Assembly: GCA_965205975.1 (NCBI GenBank)
Contig: OZ242195.1
Coordinates: 1,024,001-1,088,000, forward strand
Reading direction: 5' to 3'
Source of the DNA: Candidatus Latescibacterota bacterium
GTDB taxonomy: Bacteria; Latescibacterota; UBA2968
Length of the DNA: 64,000 nucleotides
This document shows, piece by piece, positions 1 to 11,365 of this stretch; positions within the stretch are counted from its first letter, which is position 1, and the number at the start of each line of letters is the position of its first letter. The notes below the pieces were generated by a model that ran no database searches, was not told the DNA's origin, and saw only the letters and a program-made list of their open reading frames with translations. Both the position numbers and the translations under genes were made by a program.

Positions 1-2
1 CA

Positions 3-221
3 GGGTCCGACGCAACAGAGACAGTCTTTGTGGTCGGACGAGAGATTGGCGTGCCGTACGCACAGACTCCGCCAGAGGTGCTTTCCTCAGATGATCTGGT
101 TTCGGAGATTGCTCAATTAAAGGGACTACAGAAGGCTCTGACGACCCGCGAACAGGCGCTGAAGCAGCGTGCAGAGGCATTTCGGAAACATCTGCAGCGG
201 ATGCTGGAGGAGGGACGTTGA
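3..221 (+). CDS. C-terminal part of a hypothetical protein with a terminal coiled coil (runs off the left edge)
   Basis: Frame open from position 3 to TGA at 219-221; heptad-like C-terminus (IAQLKGLQKALTTREQALKQRAEAFRKHL); stop overlaps the next start. Confidence 0.55.
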   Translation, partial: GSDATETVFVVGREIGVPYAQTPPEVLSSDDLVSEIAQLKGLQKALTTREQALKQRAEAFRKHLQRMLEEGR

Positions 222-1291
222 AGTGCCAGAGAGCATGCGGGGCTGTGCTCGGTGTCACGGTGATGTTGTGTGCCTTAGGCGTCGGGTGGTCAGCGGAGAC
301 CCGCATTGAGGCGGGCATGGTCTATGATAACAATCTGTTTGAGGCGCCGGTTGATCCGCAGTCCGGCTGGATCAGCCGGTTTTACTTTGCGTATGCGGGT
401 GATTTACGCAAGCGTCCCCGGAGTTCTGTTGGGCTGCGGTACCAGGTAGGTGCCAAACGATTCTGGACTGCGGAGCGATCAATGTCCGGAGAATCCGGCG
501 CAGTGTTGGCCAACCACTTGAACGTAACCGCGTCCTCGCGCGTGGGGCGCCGGGTGAGGCTGGCAGGCAGCGGCGTATTGAAAGTAAAAATTGTAAACCG
601 GGTCCCGGGGGCAGAAGGATATTTGCGCGGCGCTTTAGAAGGACGTATCCAATATGTTTTTGGACAGGGGTTTACAAGCGACCTGTATTATCGCTTTGGA
701 GGACATGATTCTCGGGATATGCGATTGCCAGAGGTGATTTCGAACGACGTGGGTGCGGGGGTCCAATACGGGAAATTCCGGCGATTTCGAGCCCGATTGA
801 CAGGGACCTGGCGGCGGTTGGATTACAATCGCGCTGCTCTGGCGGTTGACGCAGGAGGTAGGATAGGTGAATTGAGATTTGCGCAATCGGATCTTTTGCG
901 CGAGATTTCGGCAGGCATACAGCTTTATCGCGGGATGCTCGTTGATCTCGTCTATGGATTTCTCCACAATACATCCAACAGCTACGGATATGGCTTTAAA
1001 GCGCACCGGGTGCAGGTGCTTCTGGTGCGACACCTGGGTTTCCAGTTCGATGCGCAGATGCTGGCAAACCTCCAGCTTCGCAGGTATGATGATCCGCTGA
1101 TGCCACTGCCCGGTTGGGATTCGGAGGTGGATGAATACGAACAGACGCTTTTGGTACTGAAGTTGTCCCGGCAGTTGACGAACCGGCTGGATCTCTCATT
1201 GCAATACGGGTTTTCCCGCAACGGCGCCCGCCGAACCGGCGGTTTTTATCGCAAGCATACCAGCGTGATTTCCGTGGCGATTTCTCTCTAA
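218..1291 (+). CDS. Putative outer-membrane beta-barrel protein
   Basis: Signal peptide; N-terminal YDNN motif; amphipathic Tyr/Gly-rich beta strands; terminal strand SVISVAISL. Confidence 0.65.
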   Translation: MKCQRACGAVLGVTVMLCALGVGWSAETRIEAGMVYDNNLFEAPVDPQSGWISRFYFAYAGDLRKRPRSSVGLRYQVGAKRFWTAERSMSGESGAVLANHLNVTASSRVGRRVRLAGSGVLKVKIVNRVPGAEGYLRGALEGRIQYVFGQGFTSDLYYRFGGHDSRDMRLPEVISNDVGAGVQYGKFRRFRARLTGTWRRLDYNRAALAVDAGGRIGELRFAQSDLLREISAGIQLYRGMLVDLVYGFLHNTSNSYGYGFKAHRVQVLLVRHLGFQFDAQMLANLQLRRYDDPLMPLPGWDSEVDEYEQTLLVLKLSRQLTNRLDLSLQYGFSRNGARRTGGFYRKHTSVISVAISL

Positions 1292-1346
1292 GTTTCCTCA
1301 GTGTTTGATTCTTCCAATCCTAATACCTCGAAACGCCATATCCGGG

Positions 1347-2729
1347 TTATGCCCTCGCGGCTTCCCAGCCTTTTTCTATCACTTTTTCAAGTTCCATCAC
1401 TGTTTCGGCATAGCGAATATCTTCCGCAGCATTGACGTTTTCCGCCGCATCTTCCCGATGATCGTAAAGCTCGCGTGCCTTTACCTCTCCCGTCTCTCTC
1501 GATTGCCACTCTGTGTAGCGAAAGTCGTCGGTTTTAATGGTGTAGCCCATTACGCCCGTGCGTGGATATTGGCTGAAAGCCGCCTGTTTCCATGTTCTGT
1601 CGGGATCTTCCATCAAGGGGACAAAGCTCTGGCCTTCGAGATGATCGGGCAGTGGGAGATCGCACAGGTCGCATAGCGACGGGTACATATCGACGAATTC
1701 CGTAAGACCAGATGCCTTTGCGCCCTGCTTGCCGCGTTCTGGCGAACGGATGATCATTGGGGCGTGTGTGTCGATGTCGAAGTTCGTGTGTTTGCACCAG
1801 CTACCGTGTTCGCCGAGTTTCCAGCCGTGGTCTCCCCACAGGATGACAATCGTGTTCTCTTTGAGGCCGAGCCGTTCGATTTCGTCGAGTACGCGACCAA
1901 CTTGCGCGTCCATATACGAGACACACGCGCAGTAGCCGTGGACCAATGTGCGCGATAGGTCCTCTGGAATTGGCCCCTCTTTGGGCATTCCGAAGTAGCC
2001 GCGCAGTTCTCCGAATTCGGTCAGAGAGTACTCGGTGACGTTTTCCGGTGCGCTGGTATTCAGGGCGAGTGGCAATGCTTCCCGATCATAACGGTCCCAG
2101 TGATGCTTTGGGGCGTTGAAGGGCAGATGGGGTTTGTGAAAGCCCACGGCGAGGAAGAAGGGCTGGTCGCGCAATTCGTTGAGCGTTTTGATGGCGTGAT
2201 CGGCATCCTTGCCGTCGTGATAGGCATTGTCTGGCACGTCCGCGGCTTCAAAAGCCGGTCCCAGCCCCCGTCGTGTGGAGCCTTCAGTAGCTAATTGGGC
2301 ATCTGTTCTCTCGATCACTTCCATCGCTTCATCCGTCAAATAGCCCCGTCCCTTCCAATCACCTGTTGAGACGTGTGGTTCACTGGACCATCCTTGCAGG
2401 TCATCGCTTCGATGGTGATAGATTTTTCCGATGGATCGCGTTTCGTAGCCGTGCTGCTTGAAGTGCTGTGGCAGCGATATGACATCGGGCATGACGGACC
2501 GCAAAGGGGTTTGTAGATCGTAAATTGTCGTCGTATCTGGGCGGCAGCCGCTCAGAACACTCGCCCGAGAAGGCGCGCATACGGCTTGCTGGCAGTAGGC
2601 CCGCTCGAAGAGGACGCCTTCTGCGGCCAATCGATCGATGTTCGGCGACTGTACGAAATCCTGACCATAACAACCGAGTTGAGGACGAAGATCATCTACG
2701 GCGATGAATAGCACGTTCATTTTGTTCAC
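1347..2729 (-). CDS. Sulfatase (iduronate-2-sulfatase-like, formylglycine type)
   Basis: NVLFIAVDDLRP, CAPSRAS (CxPxR), GKIYH, KPHLPF, GDHGWKLGEH. Start probably GTG 2729 (GGAGG RBS) or ATG 2720, not 2837. Confidence 0.9.
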   Translation of the reverse strand: MNKMNVLFIAVDDLRPQLGCYGQDFVQSPNIDRLAAEGVLFERAYCQQAVCAPSRASVLSGCRPDTTTIYDLQTPLRSVMPDVISLPQHFKQHGYETRSIGKIYHHRSDDLQGWSSEPHVSTGDWKGRGYLTDEAMEVIERTDAQLATEGSTRRGLGPAFEAADVPDNAYHDGKDADHAIKTLNELRDQPFFLAVGFHKPHLPFNAPKHHWDRYDREALPLALNTSAPENVTEYSLTEFGELRGYFGMPKEGPIPEDLSRTLVHGYCACVSYMDAQVGRVLDEIERLGLKENTIVILWGDHGWKLGEHGSWCKHTNFDIDTHAPMIIRSPERGKQGAKASGLTEFVDMYPSLCDLCDLPLPDHLEGQSFVPLMEDPDRTWKQAAFSQYPRTGVMGYTIKTDDFRYTEWQSRETGEVKARELYDHREDAAENVNAAEDIRYAETVMELEKVIEKGWEAARA

Positions 2730-2830
2730 AAGTTCCTCCCACAGGCATTGGGTTTTTCGTTTTGATTGAGGAGACGCAGGGCAATATAAGAGCCTGGATA
2801 TAAAAATCAAGCCACACAATAGATCAAAGG

Positions 2831-2860
2831 TTGACAAGACGAGTTCTGTGATACCATATT
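2831..2860 (+). promoter_or_regulatory. Candidate sigma70 promoter
   Basis: Perfect TTGACA at 2831-2836, weak -10 candidates (TACCAT/CATATT) at 2852-2860, in a divergent intergenic region. Confidence 0.35.
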
Positions 2861-2906
2861 ACGATCATGGGATTTGCGATTTTGAATGCGAAATCAGGAG
2901 GGTATC

Positions 2907-2975
2907 ATGGCGCAGGATACTTTACGAGAGGTCACGACGACGGAATGGGGACCGCATTACGGTGCAGTGGAGTAG
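2907..2975 (+). CDS. Candidate 22-aa small ORF (MAQDTLREVTTTEWGPHYGAVE)
   Basis: AGGAGG at 2896-2901, ATG at 2907, TAG at 2973-2975; lies directly upstream of the DUF6785-type gene. Confidence 0.3.
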   Translation: MAQDTLREVTTTEWGPHYGAVE

Positions 2976-2983
2976 TATAAAAA

Positions 2984-4966
2984 ATGGCTGAAATCAAAAG
3001 GAAACTCTTTCCATCATCTGAGTTGGCCGAGGATAGCTTGCGCTGGACCGTCGTGGTGCTTTTCTCGGCCACATTGGTTTTTGCCTGTGTTGCCGCAACT
3101 TTTTTGGAGTTCAAATCTCGTTCTGCACATATGGCGATGGCGAATCTGCCTCTGGCGGTGTTGTTGCCCTTTGTGGCATGGCTTCTGGTGAATGCTTTTT
3201 TGAAACGGTTTACGCCCCGCCTGTCTATGACTTCTGCAGAGTTGAGGCTGGCGTTGAGTATGCTCTGGGTGGGCGGGTCGTTTGCCGGGTATAACTGGAT
3301 TACGCAGTGGGTGGGGGCGATGGCGGCGCCGAGATATTATGCGTCGCCCGAGAACCGGTGGCAGGAGTTGATTTTTGACTATTTGCCCTGGTGGATGTTT
3401 CCTTCGAATTTCCCCGGGGTGACAGAGGGATTTTTTCTGGGTCTGGAGGAAGGTGCGGCAGTGCCCTGGGGTGCGTGGATAGCTCCGATTTTTTGGGCAA
3501 TGTCCGCCGGGTTGGCGATGACGGCTATTGGGCTGGGTTTGACGGCGGTGTTCCAGAAGCAGTGGGTCCGACATGAACGGCTGACGTATCCTCTGGCGCA
3601 GGTTCCGCTCGATTTGACAGAAGGATTCGACGGCAAGCGTGGCTGGCCGCCGTTTGTGCAGAATTGGTTGTTCTGGGTGGGTTTTGCCGTGTCTGCGTTG
3701 CCCCTGCTATGGAATCTGATTGAATACTGGACACCGGGTTTTCCCAGGCTGGCGATTTTTGACGCCTATTATGGTCCTGGAGGTCCCAGGGGCGCTGAAA
3801 TATCGCGTTATTTGTCGCCGTTCTCCTATCGAATTTTGCCCACTGTGCTGGGGTTCACATTTTTGTGTGATCTGAATATCCTGTTCAGCATCTGGTCTTT
3901 GTGGTTGGTGGGGCAGACGGGACTTTACGGGATGTCCAGGATTGGTTTTTCCATAGGGCTGGCCGGGCAAGAGGCGAAGCCGACTGCGATTTTGGGCCTG
4001 TTCACCCATGGCGTGAGTATAGGGTTGGCTATCTGGGCAATTTGGGCTGCTCGCGGCCATTTGCGAAAGGTTTTTCGGCAGGTGTTACGCCCGCCCGTAA
4101 GCGGGGAAGCGGAAACCGCGTTTTTGCCGCCCCGATTAGCCGTATTTGGGATTTTGGGTGGCGGTATTTATATGGTTTTCTGGCTGTACAGCGCGGGTTA
4201 TAGTGCTGGGATAGCCGTGGTCTGGCTATTGCTTTTCTGGGCGAGTATTCTGGTGGTGATGAAGTTTTTGGCTGCGAGTGGGTTTGCGTATTTGTTTCCG
4301 AGTTTCGGTACGTCGATTCTGGATATAACAGTGGGTGCCAGTCGGATGCAAGACGCCACGCAGGTGGGGCTTCGGCTGGTGAACTGGCGTTTACTGGCTG
4401 GCTGGCGACTGCCAGCTGCGCTACCCCATGTGGAACGCTTGGTGAGGCCGGCGAAGCGGGTTGGGTGGGTCGTCGTAGGGAGTCTGGTGCTGGGAATGCT
4501 ATCGGCTATTCTCTACACTGTTTCCATCTGCTACGAGGATGGGGGGAGTACTTTTCGCACCTGGTCTCTGGTAGGTGCTCCGGTGGGGATGTACGAAGGC
4601 ATTGCCAAGGCGGTCGCAGAGACAGATCGCACGGTAACCGATCCGGAAAAAATTGGTGTGTGGATTCTGGGCGGCGTGACCGCGGGTGTTATTCAGGTGA
4701 TGCAGAGCCGATTTGCCTGGTGGCCGTTTCATCCGCTGGGTGTGATGCTAATGTCGAGCGGTTATGTTCGGCTGTATGTACTGGATATTTTTCTGGTGTG
4801 GTTGGGCAAATTGCTGGTTCTCAGTTTTGGGGGTATTTCGCTTTACCGAAGGGTTAAGCCGTGTTGTTATGGGTTGATTGTGGGTTATGTATTTGCCGTG
4901 GGGTGTTCTTTTTTAATTGATTTGATCTGGTTTCCAGAAGGTGGGCATTATATCCACGGGTATTAG
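2984..4966 (+). CDS. DUF6785/DUF6784-type polytopic membrane protein (putative transporter)
   Basis: 660 aa with many TM helices; motifs SPENRW, KQWVRHERLTYPL, WWPFHPLG; paralogue of 35861..37816. Confidence 0.75.
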   Translation: MAEIKRKLFPSSELAEDSLRWTVVVLFSATLVFACVAATFLEFKSRSAHMAMANLPLAVLLPFVAWLLVNAFLKRFTPRLSMTSAELRLALSMLWVGGSFAGYNWITQWVGAMAAPRYYASPENRWQELIFDYLPWWMFPSNFPGVTEGFFLGLEEGAAVPWGAWIAPIFWAMSAGLAMTAIGLGLTAVFQKQWVRHERLTYPLAQVPLDLTEGFDGKRGWPPFVQNWLFWVGFAVSALPLLWNLIEYWTPGFPRLAIFDAYYGPGGPRGAEISRYLSPFSYRILPTVLGFTFLCDLNILFSIWSLWLVGQTGLYGMSRIGFSIGLAGQEAKPTAILGLFTHGVSIGLAIWAIWAARGHLRKVFRQVLRPPVSGEAETAFLPPRLAVFGILGGGIYMVFWLYSAGYSAGIAVVWLLLFWASILVVMKFLAASGFAYLFPSFGTSILDITVGASRMQDATQVGLRLVNWRLLAGWRLPAALPHVERLVRPAKRVGWVVVGSLVLGMLSAILYTVSICYEDGGSTFRTWSLVGAPVGMYEGIAKAVAETDRTVTDPEKIGVWILGGVTAGVIQVMQSRFAWWPFHPLGVMLMSSGYVRLYVLDIFLVWLGKLLVLSFGGISLYRRVKPCCYGLIVGYVFAVGCSFLIDLIWFPEGGHYIHGY

Positions 4967-4977
4967 CGGTATAGGCT

Positions 4978-7008
4978 TTATTTTTTTGATAGGTGCGGCA
5001 GGTAGCCTTGTTGCTGGAGTGTTTGATTCAGAGATTCGGGGTTTGCTTCATTGTTGAGGGTTGCAGTGGTTGGAGAAATGCGATTGCCCAATGCCTGGGC
5101 GATGCGAGGTTGGGCGTAGAGTTCGTCGAGCAATTCACATGTGGTGGTTTTGACACGCCCGATGGCGGGAATGATTTCGATCTCACCGTATTTTTCGTCA
5201 CATTCGGCAATCAAAGCTTCGACCATGTCGGGTAGGCCGCTCGCGCTGTGCTGTGTCAAAAATGCACGTATCTCGTCTCCTGAAAAACCGCGTGCGAATG
5301 CGCGGCGAAGCGAGTCGCGCGAAAGATGGAAACACGTCATCACATCCTGTGTTTTGAGGTCGGCGATGACGCATAGTTTGAGATAGTGTGCGCAGGGAAG
5401 GTCCGGCGGGGATAGAACTTCAAAATTGGGCTGTACAACAAATTTTGCATCTGAATTTTGCAGGGGTATTTGTTCGCTCAGTGCGTCATCATGCGTGTCG
5501 TGTAATAGGGCATAGCCCGCCGGGGTGATTTGAAAGACCGCCTGTTTGCTGTGTTGCAATGGCGCGGAGAAATCGGGAAAGTTGCCCACGCGAACAATGC
5601 CCATATAGGTGAGCGCGCCAGTGATGGTGCGACGCAGCAATTCATCAGCAGTGGTCCCGGTATGGGCTGGATCTTTGGCAAAATGCCGAAAAGGCTCTGA
5701 AAGGCGCGTCAGGAATTGATAATACGACGGATATGTCATCCAGGTATCGGTGGAGCAATGCCGAAGGCTCCGCACGATTTCACTGCGAATATTCTTGAGT
5801 ACTTGCATTCGAGCACTGGTGGCTTTGGTGCGATCGGAAGACCACTCATTCCACCGTTCGCTGTGAAACCAGAATTTAAAGCACGCCTTGCGTATGTCGA
5901 TGATTTGCCCTACCCGGGTGCCGGCATCCAGGGCGGTATGCCAGACTGTGCCCTGAGGGGTTACAAGTTCCATTGTTTCGGCAAAGAGCGTGAGAAATTC
6001 AATATATCCCGGGTCGTTCTGAATATGGCAGTATTTGTTCGCGTCGCGCAAATCGGTTTTGGACATGCCACCGTGTTTGAGTCTGCGGGGCAAGCGTTGT
6101 GTTATAATGCCGAGCAATGTGGTCAGGTCCCGAATGAGAAAGGTGGTGTTTTCACGTATCGCAGCGGGAGTGGTGGTGGATGTTTCGAGGAGGGCATCGA
6201 GGCTACTTTCGAGTTGTCCTCCCTGAGATTGGGCGATTTGGGATAGGGCGGCACACAGGTCTGAAGCGAGATATATCGCAGCATTGGGGGCGTGAAGGTC
6301 GCGGTTAGGAGCGTAAAAGATCGGCATTTTCCAGAGCATGTCTTCCAATTCCCGGACTGCGGACTCTCCCAATTTATCGGCGATTTCGCGGCGTGTGAGT
6401 GCGTTGTCCGGGAGGAACAGGTCGAGAATGGCGCGGCGGTCTTCGCTGAGTGTGTTGAGGTAGGCGTGCAGTGTTTTTGTATCGAGCAGGGTATCTCTTA
6501 TGGCGTTGGATACGATGGGTTTGCGCGTGTCTGAAAGGTTCAGGTCAATCTGATCTGCAAAAGCGCGGAGCAAACCCACAGATACGGGTTTCATGATGGC
6601 GAGCAATCGGCCCTGATTTGCGTTGGGAATGGGGATGGATTTGAGCAGTGATTCGGGTATGCCGATTAGAACATCTGAATCACCCAATGTATGTACGTCT
6701 CGAAATACGAGACCGGTCAAGTCACTGAGTTGTGCATGGAGACGGGGAAGAAATCCGTTGGCAAATTTTTCAACGGCTTCGGTTTCTAAAAGCTCGCCCC
6801 CTTCAGCGGCGAGTGTCTGTACCATTGCGCGTTGTTCCGGTGATAGGGCAGCGAGACTCTTGGCTATGTGCTCTGGGTCGGGGAGTATGCGGCAAAGCGC
6901 GTCGGCGAGGAAGGTTTTGTTGCTGCCAGTGGGATCAATACCCACGTCGCGGGCGAGTTGACAGAGCGTGCTGAAGGGATATTGTGTGAGTGCTGTGCGT
7001 AGTTTCAT
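4978..7008 (-). CDS. XPB/Ssl2 N-terminal-like (Helicase_C_3) domain protein without helicase motor; putative XPB partner
   Basis: C-terminal FVVQPNFEVL...FHLSRDSLRRAFARGFSGDEIRAFL...LPDMVEALI...YGEI aligns with the N-terminus of the XPB at 12320..14008; no Walker A or DExH motif. Confidence 0.8.
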   Translation of the reverse strand: MKLRTALTQYPFSTLCQLARDVGIDPTGSNKTFLADALCRILPDPEHIAKSLAALSPEQRAMVQTLAAEGGELLETEAVEKFANGFLPRLHAQLSDLTGLVFRDVHTLGDSDVLIGIPESLLKSIPIPNANQGRLLAIMKPVSVGLLRAFADQIDLNLSDTRKPIVSNAIRDTLLDTKTLHAYLNTLSEDRRAILDLFLPDNALTRREIADKLGESAVRELEDMLWKMPIFYAPNRDLHAPNAAIYLASDLCAALSQIAQSQGGQLESSLDALLETSTTTPAAIRENTTFLIRDLTTLLGIITQRLPRRLKHGGMSKTDLRDANKYCHIQNDPGYIEFLTLFAETMELVTPQGTVWHTALDAGTRVGQIIDIRKACFKFWFHSERWNEWSSDRTKATSARMQVLKNIRSEIVRSLRHCSTDTWMTYPSYYQFLTRLSEPFRHFAKDPAHTGTTADELLRRTITGALTYMGIVRVGNFPDFSAPLQHSKQAVFQITPAGYALLHDTHDDALSEQIPLQNSDAKFVVQPNFEVLSPPDLPCAHYLKLCVIADLKTQDVMTCFHLSRDSLRRAFARGFSGDEIRAFLTQHSASGLPDMVEALIAECDEKYGEIEIIPAIGRVKTTTCELLDELYAQPRIAQALGNRISPTTATLNNEANPESLNQTLQQQGYLPHLSKK

Positions 7009-7020
7009 GATGGAGACAGT

Positions 7021-7051
7021 AAAAATTAAGACACTTGCAAACGCAAGTGCC
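7021..7051 (-). terminator. Rho-independent terminator after tRNA-Ala
   Basis: Minus strand GGCACTTGC-GTTT-GCAAGTGTC followed by TTAATTTTT. Confidence 0.65.
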
Positions 7052-7060
7052 TAAAAAAAG

Positions 7061-7133
7061 TGGAGCCGAGCGGGATCGAACCGCCGACCTTTTGACTGCC
7101 AGTCAAACGCTCTCCCAGTTGAGCTACGGCCCC
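7061..7133 (-). tRNA. tRNA-Ala(GGC), CCA not encoded
   Basis: Minus strand GGGGCCGTAGCTCAACTGGGAGAGCG TTTGA-CTGGCAG-TCAAA ...GGTTCGATCC...GGCTCCA; G3-U70 pair present. Confidence 0.95.
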
Positions 7134-7150
7134 ACATCTACACGCAGTCA

Positions 7151-7179
7151 AGAGTAACAAAATGAGATGGGTCTGTCAA
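7151..7179 (-). promoter_or_regulatory. sigma70 promoter of tRNA-Ala
   Basis: TTGACA-17 bp-TACTCT with TG extension on the minus strand, just upstream of the tRNA. Confidence 0.65.
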
Positions 7180-7198
7180 GCAAAAAGCCGATTGCAGG

Positions 7199-9253
<2,055 letters not shown>

Positions 9254-9313
9254 TTAATACATCACTTTTTTGTCTGTCCCGGTCTTTAGATCATCCACCT
9301 GAGCCATCAGTCC

Positions 9314-9946
9314 TTAATGCTGCCTATCTCGAGGAAACCAGGCACGTAGAATGTCTTGAAATTCTTGGAACGATCTATCCGCACATCGGCGCAAGGAAAC
9401 CCTTTGTGCAATCTGCTGATATAGGGACGAACTGCGTTGTATGCGTGCCTCGCGTAAGGCCGCTTGAAATGCCTCTTTGGGCCTATTGGGCTTGACCTCA
9501 CCACTCTGGAGCCAACCTCGCTCGACCAGCCATTGCTTAAGCGAAGGCTGTCGGTTCTTCCATCCTGCCACATCGTCAACATGGGGTGAACCGCTCCAGA
9601 CCCACGCTTCAAGCTCCGGCGACAAAATGATCGCTCTGGCTCGCTTACCCCATGCTGAGCGGTCAAATTCTCCATTGAGAGTCTCTTGCAATTCCTGTGG
9701 TTGCTGCCTGTGTTCTCTTCCACTTCCTTCATAGTCGAATATGAGCAAACCATGGTGATAGTTTTTTGAGAGATTGGACAGGAATGCAACGCCGTGCTGT
9801 GTACAGCCAGGGTCATGTTGTGGATGAATATAAATATCCTCTTCGATTGTCCGGATACCCAGTGCTTGTGGCCTCGTAAACAATCCCTTCAGCGCGTATT
9901 CGATATTTTTGTCAGCAGCGAGAACAACGAGGTCTTTCCGATTCAT
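9314..9946 (-). CDS. MAD4-like / DUF4276-like partner protein (putative TOPRIM-type nuclease)
   Basis: DLVVLAADKN, HPQHDPG, IFDYEGSG, PELEAWVW and PKEA motifs; start overlaps the ATPase stop (ATGA). Confidence 0.65.
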   Translation of the reverse strand: MNRKDLVVLAADKNIEYALKGLFTRPQALGIRTIEEDIYIHPQHDPGCTQHGVAFLSNLSKNYHHGLLIFDYEGSGREHRQQPQELQETLNGEFDRSAWGKRARAIILSPELEAWVWSGSPHVDDVAGWKNRQPSLKQWLVERGWLQSGEVKPNRPKEAFQAALREARIQRSSSLYQQIAQRVSLRRCADRSFQEFQDILRAWFPRDRQH

Positions 9947-11205
9947 CCCAAGACTCCCGATGCGAGCAATGTACCGAGATCAACCTCGCCTTGCCACTGT
10001 TGAAGCAAGGGATGTTCGGAACCAAGAACTATGTCAGTTGAACCATTGTCATTCTTGGCAAAGCAGAGTACATCATCCAGGCTGGCTGTGCTCAATACCA
10101 CTGGCGAATGGGTCGCCAATAGCACTTGGGCTTCATACATTGAGGAGAGGGAATCGTATGCTGTAGCCACAGCTCTTGGATGAATCCCATTCTCTGGCTC
10201 CTCTATCAGATAGATGCCTTGAAGGTCGGGCAAATAAGCTGGCAAGGTGAGTGCCGTAAGTCTGAGTGTGCCATCGGAAACTAACCACGAAGGTAATTTT
10301 AGCCCTTCCTCATACTCGTAGATCATATAACAATGCCTATCATCCTCACGTATAGAGGTTGTGATGTCCACCAGGTCGGGGAGTGCAGTCCTTAGATGAG
10401 AGATCCATGCGCGATGTTGTTCTTGATTTTTTTCACGCAGACGATCGACAACCCAGGGAATATTTGATCCGTCCGACAAGAAACCCGTAGCCCGCGTTGG
10501 CGGACTTGGGCGCTTAATCTCAAGGCTATTGAGCATGAATTTCTGAACTTCGCTGGTCAGGTATTTTTGAAACCATATAGCCACGGGAAAAGAGCTTTCG
10601 TCTATCAGAAGATGACCAAGGGCCGATCTTTGCGGCCCAAGTTTGATCGAAGGTGCCCAACCTTTGCCTGAGCGAGCATAGGTTTCGCTGTAGAAATTGT
10701 CATTTCCACCCGGTACTTTGTTGAGTACGATCTTGTTATCTCGCTGGTGAACCTTGCTTAGCAATGAATCTGGCACCGAGGGAGATATGGGGAATAATGA
10801 ACGCTGCACTGGTTTCAAAACCTCGGCATTTTTTAATAAGAGTGTCTCAGCCTTGAGTTCGAACCGGTGTTGTGTTTCATCAAAACCGACAGCCACTTCG
10901 TATCTTACCGTATCCAAATCCGGTTTTGCCGTCAATTCGCGCAGATTATCGGGAATCCGTGCCTCAATCGCCAATTCTAACCTTTCACCTTTCTGGCGAA
11001 AGAGGAGTCCTTTAGGATCCGAGGTGGTGCGCTCCGACAGGGCCACTTCCAATCCCTCGGATACCAGATCACTCAGAAAACCGAGGACATCCAAAAAGGT
11101 TGTCTTACCCGATGCATTCGGACCGACCAGGACATGAAAGGGTTTCATAGGTCTCTGCACATACTGTAAACAGCGGTAGTTCAGAGCTTCAATAAACGTA
11201 ATCAT
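9943..11205 (-). CDS. ABC-type (AAA_21) ATPase, MAD3-like
   Basis: NYRCL, Walker A GPNASGKT, signature VSDGTLR, Walker B/D-loop LIEEPENGIHP, H-loop ATHSP; no TM segments. Confidence 0.8.
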   Translation of the reverse strand: MITFIEALNYRCLQYVQRPMKPFHVLVGPNASGKTTFLDVLGFLSDLVSEGLEVALSERTTSDPKGLLFRQKGERLELAIEARIPDNLRELTAKPDLDTVRYEVAVGFDETQHRFELKAETLLLKNAEVLKPVQRSLFPISPSVPDSLLSKVHQRDNKIVLNKVPGGNDNFYSETYARSGKGWAPSIKLGPQRSALGHLLIDESSFPVAIWFQKYLTSEVQKFMLNSLEIKRPSPPTRATGFLSDGSNIPWVVDRLREKNQEQHRAWISHLRTALPDLVDITTSIREDDRHCYMIYEYEEGLKLPSWLVSDGTLRLTALTLPAYLPDLQGIYLIEEPENGIHPRAVATAYDSLSSMYEAQVLLATHSPVVLSTASLDDVLCFAKNDNGSTDIVLGSEHPLLQQWQGEVDLGTLLASGVLG

Positions 11206-11365
11206 CAGCTATCTCCATAATGGCCTGAATTCGGTAAGTCTGACATAATCATGCCCCATTTTATGATAAATATATCAAGGAACGATAGGGTAAACCAGTC
11301 CAAAATTGGGCAAACTAAATAAAGGGCGTCAGTAGAGTGTCTGAGATGTGACTGCGTAACTTTTT

